Assembly: GCA_034520965.1 (NCBI GenBank)
Contig: JAXHMY010000001.1
Location: 512,001-576,000 of the forward strand
Source: Spirochaetia bacterium
GTDB lineage: Bacteria > Spirochaetota > Spirochaetia > DSM-16054 > Sediminispirochaetaceae
Direction: 5' to 3'
DNA: 64,000 nucleotides
Part shown: piece by piece, positions 11,701 to 19,531 of the stretch
Position numbering within the stretch: position 1 is the first letter of the stretch
How the letters are laid out: each line of letters opens with the position of its first letter
Program-made: the position numbers and the translations under genes
The notes under the pieces: generated by a model
Seen by the model: only the letters and a program-made list of their open reading frames with translations
Told to the model about the DNA's origin: nothing
The model's database searches: none

Positions 11701-11810
11701 CCATCCATATGTTCAGGTACCGGTTCCGTCTCAGTAATTTTCCACGGATCCTGCGGATAGACCTGTTCTTTACTCATATCCATCTCCACTGTAATGTGAT
11801 CTTCGCTCAC
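8796..11810 (-). CDS. GH65 phosphorylase (trehalose/maltose phosphorylase-like) fused to C-terminal beta-phosphoglucomutase
   Basis: [29 protein letters not shown] and GDSSLS motifs; C-terminal HAD domain [21 protein letters not shown]...KGKPDPE...GVEDAQAGI. Confidence 0.9.
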   Translation of the reverse strand: [1004 protein letters not shown]

Positions 11811-11819
11811 TGCCTATTG

Positions 11820-11833
11820 TGCACACGGTTGCA
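11820..11833. promoter_or_regulatory. putative LacI-family operator (copy 3)
   Basis: TGCACACGGTTGCA just downstream of minus-strand TTGACA (11864-11869), 17 bp, TAGACT (11841-11846). Confidence 0.8.
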
Positions 11834-11886
11834 TCACATTAGTCTAAATAGCCGGATGGCTATTGTCAAGAAAAAGCACCTCTAAT

Positions 11887-12028
11887 CAGCAATTCGCAAT
11901 TTGAAAATTTTTGGAAAATTTTCAAATTGCGAATGCTTACATTTTGTTTAAGATAAGTAGTTTATCTTAAAGATGTTGTGGGAATTCTCATTTTGGAAGT
12001 CTTCTGACTTCCAAAATGAGAATTCCTG
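11887..12028. mobile_element. ~142-bp double-palindrome MITE/REPIN-like element, copy 1
   Basis: Ends CAGCAATTC...GAATTCCTG; two long hairpins; direct repeat ACCTCTAATCAGCAATTC at 11878-11895 and 12029-12046. Confidence 0.7.
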
Positions 12029-12032
12029 ACCT

Positions 12033-12929
12033 CTAATCAGCAATTCTATCCGGAGGGACAGGAGGTTGGCGAAGAGAACTTGCACGGGAATACCCATATA
12101 TGCCGTATAAAATGATACCCGCACCTATCCCGTTAAGAACAGATGGAACCTCTCCAAAGAAAAAGTAGGCCATTATTCCGGCAGCCACCGGTTCTATCAG
12201 TACCGTAACCGACAGGAAGGTCGAGGGGACGTATTTTAGGGCCCAGCTGTAGATACTGTGACCAAGAATAGTACAGACAAAGGCTAAGGCAAAAAACAAC
12301 AGGAACTCACGGGGCGGATACGGATAGAAGCGAGTATCGGCTATAATATTTATCAATAGAAGGGTTACCCCGCTGGTGCCGTAGACAAGAAAAGTATATT
12401 TTGCCACTGCCACCCTGCGGCGGACAATCCGTCCAAGTACCATGTACACTCCCACCGACAAAGCTCCCAGCACAGCCAGAAAATCACCCAACAGTACATT
12501 GTTTCCACGTCCTAGATCTCCCCAGGAGAGAACTGAACTGCCGAGAACCGTTACAAGCACAAACAAGAACTCCCGCCGTGAGCCCCCCTCCCGTAAAATA
12601 AACCGGCTTATTAAATACACCATCACCGGGTGGGTATTTACCAACAGTACTGAACTGGCAACGCTGGTATAATGCAGCGAAGAGATCCAAGTAGCAAAAT
12701 GAATGCCGAGAAAGACCCCGCTCACTAGCGAGAGCAGCAGATCGCGGCGATTTACCTGCTCCGGTTTTGCGAGGCTGTACGGAAGGACCAGCAAAAAAGC
12801 GATGAGCATACGGTAAAAAGCAATAATCAGAGCCGGGGCATTGGACCAGCGAATAAAAATTGCCGAAAAGGAGGCAAAAATCACCGCCAGGGGCAGCACA
12901 ATCCGGCTAAGCCTGTGAATTTCTTTCAT
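12033..12929 (-). CDS. DMT/EamA family transporter
   Basis: About 10 hydrophobic segments; SLHYTSVASSVLLVNTHP and LIEPVAA motifs. Confidence 0.9.
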   Translation of the reverse strand: MKEIHRLSRIVLPLAVIFASFSAIFIRWSNAPALIIAFYRMLIAFLLVLPYSLAKPEQVNRRDLLLSLVSGVFLGIHFATWISSLHYTSVASSVLLVNTHPVMVYLISRFILREGGSRREFLFVLVTVLGSSVLSWGDLGRGNNVLLGDFLAVLGALSVGVYMVLGRIVRRRVAVAKYTFLVYGTSGVTLLLINIIADTRFYPYPPREFLLFFALAFVCTILGHSIYSWALKYVPSTFLSVTVLIEPVAAGIMAYFFFGEVPSVLNGIGAGIILYGIYGYSRASSLRQPPVPPDRIAD

Positions 12930-12999
12930 CTTGACCTTCCAAACCCTGAAGTATAGGCTTTGTATAGGCTACCACCATTCCATTGTAGGGAAAAGAGAA

Positions 13000-13839
13000 A
13001 TGTCATACAGAAAAAATAAAACCCATCCTTTTCTTACGCCTTTTCCGGTTGTCTGTGCCCACCGGGGCGACTCTGCACATTACCCCGAAAACACCCTTCC
13101 CGCCTTTATGTCCTCCGCCCGGCTGGGAGTAGACTGCATAGAGTCGGATGTCCATCTTACTGCCGATGAGACCTGTGTACTTTGGCACGACAGCACGGTG
13201 GACCGCATGACCGACGGGAGCGGAGAAATAGCTGATTATACCCTGCAGGAACTGCAAGGCTTAGATGCGGGCTATGGTTTTACCCTCCCCGGCGATGGGA
13301 GCCATCCATTTCGGGGACAGGGAATTACTATCCCCACCCTCTCCGATACATTGGCAGCGCTTCCGCAGATGCGCTTCAATCTTGATTTGAAGGGAACCTC
13401 ACCTCTTTTAGCCGAACACTTTGTCGAAGTGGTAAACCAACACCATGCACAAGAGAGGATACTTGGAGCCAGTTTTCATTACCTTCAATTGAAGCGGCTT
13501 CGCAGACTGGCTCCCTCCCTTGCTACCAGTTTTTCTTCACCCGAGGTACGTGCTTTGATTATCCTGAAGCGCATCGGTCTGCTCTCCGTACTGTTTCCCT
13601 TCCCCGGCCTCACCCTGCAGGTTCCCGAGACCCATGGCAAGGTTCAAATTGTAACCGCCAAGCTGATCGGTCGGCTTCATCGAAAAGGGGTCCCCATCCA
13701 AGTATGGACCATCAACAACGAGGCGGATATGCATCGCCTTCTGGAAATGGGAGTTGACGGTATTGTGACCGATGATCCCCAACTACTTATGCAGGTAATA
13801 CAGTTACGCCGTTCATCACACCAGTTAAATAAAATTTGA
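13000..13839 (+). CDS. glycerophosphodiester phosphodiesterase
   Basis: AHRG...PENT, ESDVHLT...HD, VWTIN...GVDGIVTDDP; start chosen at ATG 13000 after a purine-rich stretch. Confidence 0.9.
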   Translation: MSYRKNKTHPFLTPFPVVCAHRGDSAHYPENTLPAFMSSARLGVDCIESDVHLTADETCVLWHDSTVDRMTDGSGEIADYTLQELQGLDAGYGFTLPGDGSHPFRGQGITIPTLSDTLAALPQMRFNLDLKGTSPLLAEHFVEVVNQHHAQERILGASFHYLQLKRLRRLAPSLATSFSSPEVRALIILKRIGLLSVLFPFPGLTLQVPETHGKVQIVTAKLIGRLHRKGVPIQVWTINNEADMHRLLEMGVDGIVTDDPQLLMQVIQLRRSSHQLNKI

Positions 13840-13918
13840 CCTCTTAGCCTAGATCCCCTACATTAGAGGTTAAGTGTGTATAATATGTGCACACAAGAGT
13901 ATATGAAAGGGGTTAATT

Positions 13919-14860
13919 ATGAATAAAAAACTCGTATTAGTTACGTCTGTTTTAGCACTGTCCCTCGCAGCTTTTGTTATTCTGACTGGCTGTGAACCGA
14001 AACAGGAAACCAAAGGTAAGGTAGTTATTGCATCAAAGATTGATACTGAAGGGGCATTACTGGGCTCAATGATAGTACAGCTCTTAGACCACCATGGCTA
14101 CGAAGCAGTTGATAAAACAGAATTCGGTACGACCGAGGTAATGAGAAAAGCAATCCGCGCGGAGGAAATAGACATTTACCCTGAATATACCGGTAACGTT
14201 GCTTTTTTTCATAATGATGCCGATAACCCCGTCTGGAAGGATCCGCAGGAGGCGTATGCACGGGCAGTTGAGCTTGATGAAGAGGCCTACGACCTTCGCT
14301 GGCTCCAGCCGGCACCGGCTAACAACACCTGGGCAATTGCAGTACGTCAGGACTTAGCGGAACAGAATTCCCTGTTTACTCTGGCTGATTTGGCTGAGTA
14401 TGTAAACAATGGGGGGAATCTAAAACTCGCCTGCAGCGAAGAGTTTGCCAGCCGCCAAGGGGCTCTGCCCAGCTTTGAAGAGGCATATAACTTCAAGCTT
14501 GAAAAAGATCAGCTGCTGATTTTATCCGGCGGCAACACAGCTACCACGGAGCGTGCAGCGGCAGAACAGACCGACGGTGTGAATGCAGCCATGGCCTATG
14601 GAACTGACGGCGCACTGGCAGCCTTAGGCTTGGTAGTTCTGGAAGATAACCGCAACGTTCAACATGTGTACCAGCCGGCCCCCCTCGTACGGGGAGAGGT
14701 GCTCGATAAATATCCTGAAATCGAAACGATCCTCAACCCGGTCTTTGGAACCCTTGATCTCAAAACCCTGCAATCCTTGAACTCACGCTTAGCGGTACAC
14801 GGCGAGGCAGCCTCCGATGTAGCCCAGGAATACCTGCAGGAAAACGGTTTATTAAAATAG
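13919..14860 (+). CDS. osmoprotectant ABC transporter substrate-binding lipoprotein (OsmF/YehZ-like)
   Basis: Lipobox LTGC; ASKIDTEGALLG, DIYPEYTGN, PANNTWAIAVR and AMAYGTDG motifs. Confidence 0.9.
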   Translation: MNKKLVLVTSVLALSLAAFVILTGCEPKQETKGKVVIASKIDTEGALLGSMIVQLLDHHGYEAVDKTEFGTTEVMRKAIRAEEIDIYPEYTGNVAFFHNDADNPVWKDPQEAYARAVELDEEAYDLRWLQPAPANNTWAIAVRQDLAEQNSLFTLADLAEYVNNGGNLKLACSEEFASRQGALPSFEEAYNFKLEKDQLLILSGGNTATTERAAAEQTDGVNAAMAYGTDGALAALGLVVLEDNRNVQHVYQPAPLVRGEVLDKYPEIETILNPVFGTLDLKTLQSLNSRLAVHGEAASDVAQEYLQENGLLK

Positions 14861-14884
14861 GCCTCGCACTAAGAGTAATACTAT

Positions 14885-16039
14885 ATGCGCTTCAAAATTT
14901 TTACCGGTTTGTGTGCTGTGTGCACCTTTCTTCTGCCGCTTTTCACTGTTAAACCGAACCGTATACAAACCGGAAGTGCAGTGTGGGTATTCGAGCTGCC
15001 GCCCGGCTACTGGGCGGCAGCGGTAATACTCATATTCCTAATAGCATTTATTGTTTTCTCCCGCCGCCATACCGACATTTTATTCCTCTTGTTCTCGCTG
15101 GCCTTTATGACCCTGTTGCTGGCTATTCTCCACTATCTGCAGGGACATTTGTATATGTGGGATGCTCAAGAGTATGGCCGCATAAGCTTCTCCGGGGGGT
15201 TTTGGATTGCTCTATTAACGATCTATCTGCTCTTAAGCTGGGCATATCGAAATACTCGGCATAAACAACTGCTGCTTCCTATAGCGATACTCCTTATGAC
15301 GGCAGGCGTGTTTCTGTTTATTCTAGTGGGCAGTTTTGAACACACAGCTATCCTACTGGAATATCAAAACCGCTCACAAAAATTTCTAATGGAATTGCTG
15401 AATCACATAAACCTTAGCCTGGCGGCTGTCGGTACGGCAACTGTTATCGGGGTACCCGCCGGTATATGGGCCGCCCGTTCCCAGAAATACCGCATCCTGG
15501 TATTTAAGACAGTAAATGGTATTCAGACAATTCCCAGTCTGGCTTTATTCGGTTTGATGATTGCTCCACTAGCCCTATTATCACAGCAGTTCCCTGTACT
15601 TCGATCACTGGGAATTGCCGGAATCGGCACTGCCCCGGCCTTAATTGCACTTACCCTGTATTCACTGCTTCCTATCATTCGCAACACCTTTACAGGCATT
15701 TACTACATCGAAACACAAATTATCTCTGCTGCCCACGGAATGGGTATGAACAGAGCCCAGACTTTTCGCTATATCGAACTGCCGCTGTCAACACCCATGA
15801 TTCTCACCGGAATCAGGATGTCCCTTGTGCAATGTATAGGCAACACTGCTGTGGCCGCTTTGATTGGTGCCGGCGGGCTGGGTACGTTTATTTTTCAAGG
15901 TCTGGGCCAGTCGGTACCGGATTTGATCCTTCTGGGAGTAATACCGGTAATCCTTTTATCCATTCTGTTTGACCGTCTTTTTCACTTGGCAGAACACTGG
16001 GCTACCCCAAGGGGAGTGCGTCTTGCATGGGGTAACTAA
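14885..16039 (+). CDS. osmoprotectant ABC transporter permease (YehY-like)
   Basis: KPNRI N-terminal motif, QTIPSLALFG, EAA-like loop SAAHGMGM, IGAGGLG. Confidence 0.9.
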   Translation: MRFKIFTGLCAVCTFLLPLFTVKPNRIQTGSAVWVFELPPGYWAAAVILIFLIAFIVFSRRHTDILFLLFSLAFMTLLLAILHYLQGHLYMWDAQEYGRISFSGGFWIALLTIYLLLSWAYRNTRHKQLLLPIAILLMTAGVFLFILVGSFEHTAILLEYQNRSQKFLMELLNHINLSLAAVGTATVIGVPAGIWAARSQKYRILVFKTVNGIQTIPSLALFGLMIAPLALLSQQFPVLRSLGIAGIGTAPALIALTLYSLLPIIRNTFTGIYYIETQIISAAHGMGMNRAQTFRYIELPLSTPMILTGIRMSLVQCIGNTAVAALIGAGGLGTFIFQGLGQSVPDLILLGVIPVILLSILFDRLFHLAEHWATPRGVRLAWGN

Positions 16040-16769
16040 AATTCTGAAGCAGCAAAAGTTAGGAGCACTATTTGTACTTGTGTATCTGCTGTATGTAGCT
16101 CTTCCGACACTACAGTACAGCCTTTTATCCCCCCTGTTTCCTCACCTCCAGGAGATTCTGTACCCGCGGGCCAGTCTACTGCGCCTTTTTGGAGAGCACC
16201 TTCTGTTAGTGCTGCTGTCCGGCATAAGCGCTTTTGTCACCGGAATTATTTTGGGCATTGGCGTTACTCGTCCGTGGGGACGTGAATTTCTCCAGTCTGT
16301 ACAAGACTTGACAGCCCTACTACAAACATTTCCGCCGGTTGCAGTATTGACCCTTGCAGTTCCGGCAGTCGGCTTTGGTTTTACGCCGGCCTATTTGGCC
16401 TTGTTCCTCTATAGTATTCTTCCGATTGTACGAAACACAATTACCGGACTCTTATCGGTACCCCAGCCCCTCAAAGAGGCCGCCCGCGGCATGGGAATGA
16501 CCCCCCTGCAAGTTCTTATCAAGGCCGAGTTGCCGCAAGCCTTTCCAGCCATACTGACGGGCACACGTATCTCAATGATTATCAATATCGGTACTGCCAC
16601 TATCGGAGGGGTAATTGGTGCAGGAGGTCTGGGAGTAGCCATTGTGGCCGGACTGGTGCGTGACAACACCGCATTCGTCTTGCAAGGTGCTATAGCTGCC
16701 GCGGGACTGGCCTTTTTAGCCGATTACCTGTTTGAGTTGTGGGAACAGAAAATGAACAGACAGGAATAA
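15969..16769 (+). CDS. osmoprotectant ABC transporter permease (YehW-like); true start probably slightly downstream
   Basis: QTFPPVAVL, EAARGMGMT and IGAGGLG motifs. Confidence 0.85.
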   Translation: MTVFFTWQNTGLPQGECVLHGVTKILKQQKLGALFVLVYLLYVALPTLQYSLLSPLFPHLQEILYPRASLLRLFGEHLLLVLLSGISAFVTGIILGIGVTRPWGREFLQSVQDLTALLQTFPPVAVLTLAVPAVGFGFTPAYLALFLYSILPIVRNTITGLLSVPQPLKEAARGMGMTPLQVLIKAELPQAFPAILTGTRISMIINIGTATIGGVIGAGGLGVAIVAGLVRDNTAFVLQGAIAAAGLAFLADYLFELWEQKMNRQE

Positions 16770-16774
16770 TAAGA

Positions 16775-16805
16775 GAAGGAGCCTGTGCATATGCACGGCC
16801 CCTTC
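16775..16805. terminator. hairpin between convergent transcription units
   Basis: GAAGGAGCCTGTGCA-TA-TGCACGGCCCCTTC imperfect inverted repeat right after the permease stop codon. Confidence 0.6.
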
Positions 16806-16957
16806 AAACCCTATAACCCACTTTTTTTAATTAACCCTAGTAATAACTAAATATCTTTTTGCTTTATAAAACTTTAGCTTATGCATAAAAGTATACAATC
16901 GATTCAGTATAATTTATATAAGGGAATGTCACGATCTTGTGTGAGTTTCTCACGCTT

Positions 16958-17626
16958 TTAGATATCTATTATTCCAAGCCTGGTAGCATAATGAACTAAC
17001 TCTGCAGCGTTTTTCACCTTAAGCTTGCGAAAAATGCTGGTACGGTGATTTTCAACCGTACGGTAACTTATATAAAGGCTTTGAGCAATTTTTTTTACCG
17101 ATAAACCCTCAGCCAAAAGGCGCATAATCTCCTGCTCCCGCGCAGTGAGGGACTCATAGTCGTTGTCCTGTACATCGTAGAATCGCTGGGGATGTTCCAG
17201 GGCCTTTTGAATTATCACCTCTAGGGTAACTTGATCAAAAAAATACTCGCCCCGCAGCACCTGCTTTATGCCGTCAATAAGGCGCACAGGTGAAGTCTCT
17301 TTGGTCATATACCCGCTCACTCCGTTACTGACCGCTTCCAGCACATAATCACTGCGGCTATACATACTAAGTATGATAATTTTGAGCAGCGGATATTGTT
17401 CACGAAGCTGAGAAACAAGCTCAACCCCTGAACCATCGGGCAGCGAAATGTCAAGAACCACCACGTCGATATCGGAATCTCTTAAGATTTCGCGGAGTTC
17501 TTCGACAGTCTCCGCCTCCCCACTAATAACAATGTCCTTATCTCGCTGCAGAGCAACTTTTACACCATCTCTTACAGGGGGGTGATCATCTACCAGTACC
17601 ACACGAATTCCACGTAGAGTAGACAT
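16958..17626 (-). CDS. NarL/FixJ-family response regulator, interrupted by a group II intron (exon 1 = ATGA at 19486-19483; exon 2 = 17613-16958; alternative intron-encoded ATG at 17626)
   Basis: VVLVDDHP, VVLDISLPDGSG receiver motifs; LuxR HTH LTAREQEIMRLLAEG...TVENHR. The spliced junction reads ATG AGT GGA ATT CGT (MSGIRVVLVDD). Confidence 0.92.
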   Translation of the reverse strand: MSTLRGIRVVLVDDHPPVRDGVKVALQRDKDIVISGEAETVEELREILRDSDIDVVVLDISLPDGSGVELVSQLREQYPLLKIIILSMYSRSDYVLEAVSNGVSGYMTKETSPVRLIDGIKQVLRGEYFFDQVTLEVIIQKALEHPQRFYDVQDNDYESLTAREQEIMRLLAEGLSVKKIAQSLYISYRTVENHRTSIFRKLKVKNAAELVHYATRLGIIDI

Positions 17627-19482
17627 ACTATCGCCTTCCTTCATTAAGGGGGTTACGATAGCATGCCCCTCCCAGAACCGTACGTGCGCAACTAACGCAT
17701 ACGGCTCCTAGCACTAAACATTCGACCATTGCCAGATGTCTTTGCAAATTCTCGGTCTTGGTATTAATTTCCATATCTTTTCAAACGTCTCCCAATTTAT
17801 CTTGTGCTTCTGACCTCTCCGCCTTAGAGCCTTATACAGCGTATATCTGATGTATTTATAGAACTTGTACAGCCCTATTAGATTTCCGTTGACCCCATAG
17901 TAATTGTAGTGCCCAACCAGTTTCCGGCTTAGTGCTCTCACAATCTCCATGACAGGTCGATGCATATTCCATCTAATCCACTGTTTTGCGCTCTCGCGTT
18001 TAGCCTTCAGCTTCTTCTTGCTAGTGAGGTGCAGAACTGTGTACTTACCAGTCCTTGTACTGGCATTCACGTGGGTGAATCCAAGAAAATCAAATGTCTC
18101 CTTGGTTCCTTTGTACCTTCCAAATGGAATGATCCTTGTCTTCTCTTCGGCCACCGTTAGCTTGAACTTTGCAAGCCTTTTAAGCATCACCTCGTAGAAT
18201 CTTTTCGCATCATCCTCGTACTGGAACAATACCACATAGTCATCCGCATAACGGTATAAGTATGCCTCACCCCTCAAACACCTTTTCACTACCTTCTCAA
18301 ACCACAAGTCGAGTACGTAATGAAGATAGACGTTAGCCAGCACCGGCGAAATAAGCCCTCCTTGCGGAGTCCCCTTGTCGCTGTCGCTGACGTTCCCATT
18401 CTCCATGATCCCCGCCTTGAGAAATCTTACTACATAACGGATGAAATTCTTGTCCTGTATATCGTTCTCAAGAAACTTCACCAGCCATTCGTGGTCGACA
18501 TTGTCAAAGAACCCTTTGATGTCGGCATCAAGAATATAATTTACCTTCTTAGTCATGATCGTTTGGTTTATCTCCCGTATCACATCATGACAATTCCGAT
18601 TCGGCCTGAACCCGTAGGAACAGTCCAGAAACCTCGGCTCGTATATCTCAGTCAGCACCTTCGCCATTATTCCCTGTACGAGTTTGTCCTCATACGCCGG
18701 GATTCCCAGCGGTCGTACCGTGCCATCCGTCTTGGGTATGTATGTTCTTCTCACCGCCTGCGGTCTGTAGCTGAAGGATTTCATCCGTCCAAGCAATGCA
18801 TCCACATGCTCTTCCAGTCCGGACTCATAGCTCTCCTTCGTCGCTCCGTCTATGCCTGCGGCTTTTCCTCTGACCTGCGCTCGATGCTCCGCCTTCAGGT
18901 TCTCCCTGTTGACGTAGTGCATGAGCGTCTGCATCTTCGCGTGACTCTCCGACAACCTCCTCAATTCCCCATAACTGTTTTCCACTCTTTCAGAACCTCC
19001 AGTGTTCCTGGTGTTGGCCACAAGAAATACGTTTAATGCCCAGACCCCTTCGCTCCACCGACTTTCACCGGTTTCATCGCTACTATGAGTCTGTCCGATT
19101 GCTGATGCCCCATACAGGTTTCTTGACTCCTCGCCTTTACGTCCCCTATTAGTCCAACGGACAGGACATCAGCCCTCCCAGGTACGCTTGATCTACCTTG
19201 TGTGCTCGCCATGCTCTCAGACCCCGTTGGGTTCTCCGCACTCTCGCCTTTTTCCGAGCGCTTCTTGCTGGTTGCTGTCACATGAAAAACATCACCACCC
19301 AATCTTTATACTAACGAGGCTCAATCACGTTCAACCTTTCGGCTTATGGCTCTCACACTCCTTTACCTACGCTTAAACCTCACCTCACGGCTTCGGCTCC
19401 AAGGCTAAGTACCGGCTGTTGGCTAGACTTTACCGGACAGGGTGTCTCACCCTGCTATATATCAAACGCCGAACTGGCGCAC
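17614..19482 (-). mobile_element. complete group II intron (1869 nt, IIB-like)
   Basis: 5' end GTGCG at 19482; domain V GAGCCGTATGCGTTAGTTGCGCACGTACGGTTC at 17707-17675; domain VI with bulged A ending CTACTCTAC at 17614; internal RT ORF; removal restores the host reading frame. Confidence 0.95.
17714..19021 (-). CDS. ltrA: group II intron reverse transcriptase/maturase, no endonuclease domain
   Basis: AAGIDG, RPLGIP, SYGFRP, DADIKGFFD, GTPQGG, RYADD and FDFLGF motifs plus thumb/X domain; ends at 435 aa with no HNH motif. Confidence 0.95.
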   Translation of the reverse strand: MANTRNTGGSERVENSYGELRRLSESHAKMQTLMHYVNRENLKAEHRAQVRGKAAGIDGATKESYESGLEEHVDALLGRMKSFSYRPQAVRRTYIPKTDGTVRPLGIPAYEDKLVQGIMAKVLTEIYEPRFLDCSYGFRPNRNCHDVIREINQTIMTKKVNYILDADIKGFFDNVDHEWLVKFLENDIQDKNFIRYVVRFLKAGIMENGNVSDSDKGTPQGGLISPVLANVYLHYVLDLWFEKVVKRCLRGEAYLYRYADDYVVLFQYEDDAKRFYEVMLKRLAKFKLTVAEEKTRIIPFGRYKGTKETFDFLGFTHVNASTRTGKYTVLHLTSKKKLKAKRESAKQWIRWNMHRPVMEIVRALSRKLVGHYNYYGVNGNLIGLYKFYKYIRYTLYKALRRRGQKHKINWETFEKIWKLIPRPRICKDIWQWSNV

Positions 19483-19531
19483 TCATGCACAAACTATATC
19501 ATATTTTTTTCTTTTATGGTTCACTATTAAT

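Noticed and set aside
11847..11863. Fourth copy of the 64-nt motif (AATAGCCGGATGGCTAT)
   Set aside because: It resembles only hairpin A and lies in a promoter spacer; too short to support.
11878..12046. Repeat-spacer pattern as a mini CRISPR array
   Set aside because: Only two direct repeats 151 bp apart with palindromic content between them, different repeats at each locus, and no cas genes.
13888..13901. Fifth LacI operator upstream of the osmF-like gene
   Set aside because: Only the TGCACAC half matches; the GGTTGCA half is absent.
18320..19376. ORFs 18320..19036 (+), 19033..19302 (-) and 19188..19376 (+)
   Set aside because: They are antisense to the RT or lie within ribozyme domains I-III and show no recognisable protein motifs.
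19442..19531. N-terminal extension of the inositol monophosphatase ORF given in the track
   Set aside because: It overlaps the intron 5' end and the host promoter on the opposite strand; family similarity begins at ATG 19532.
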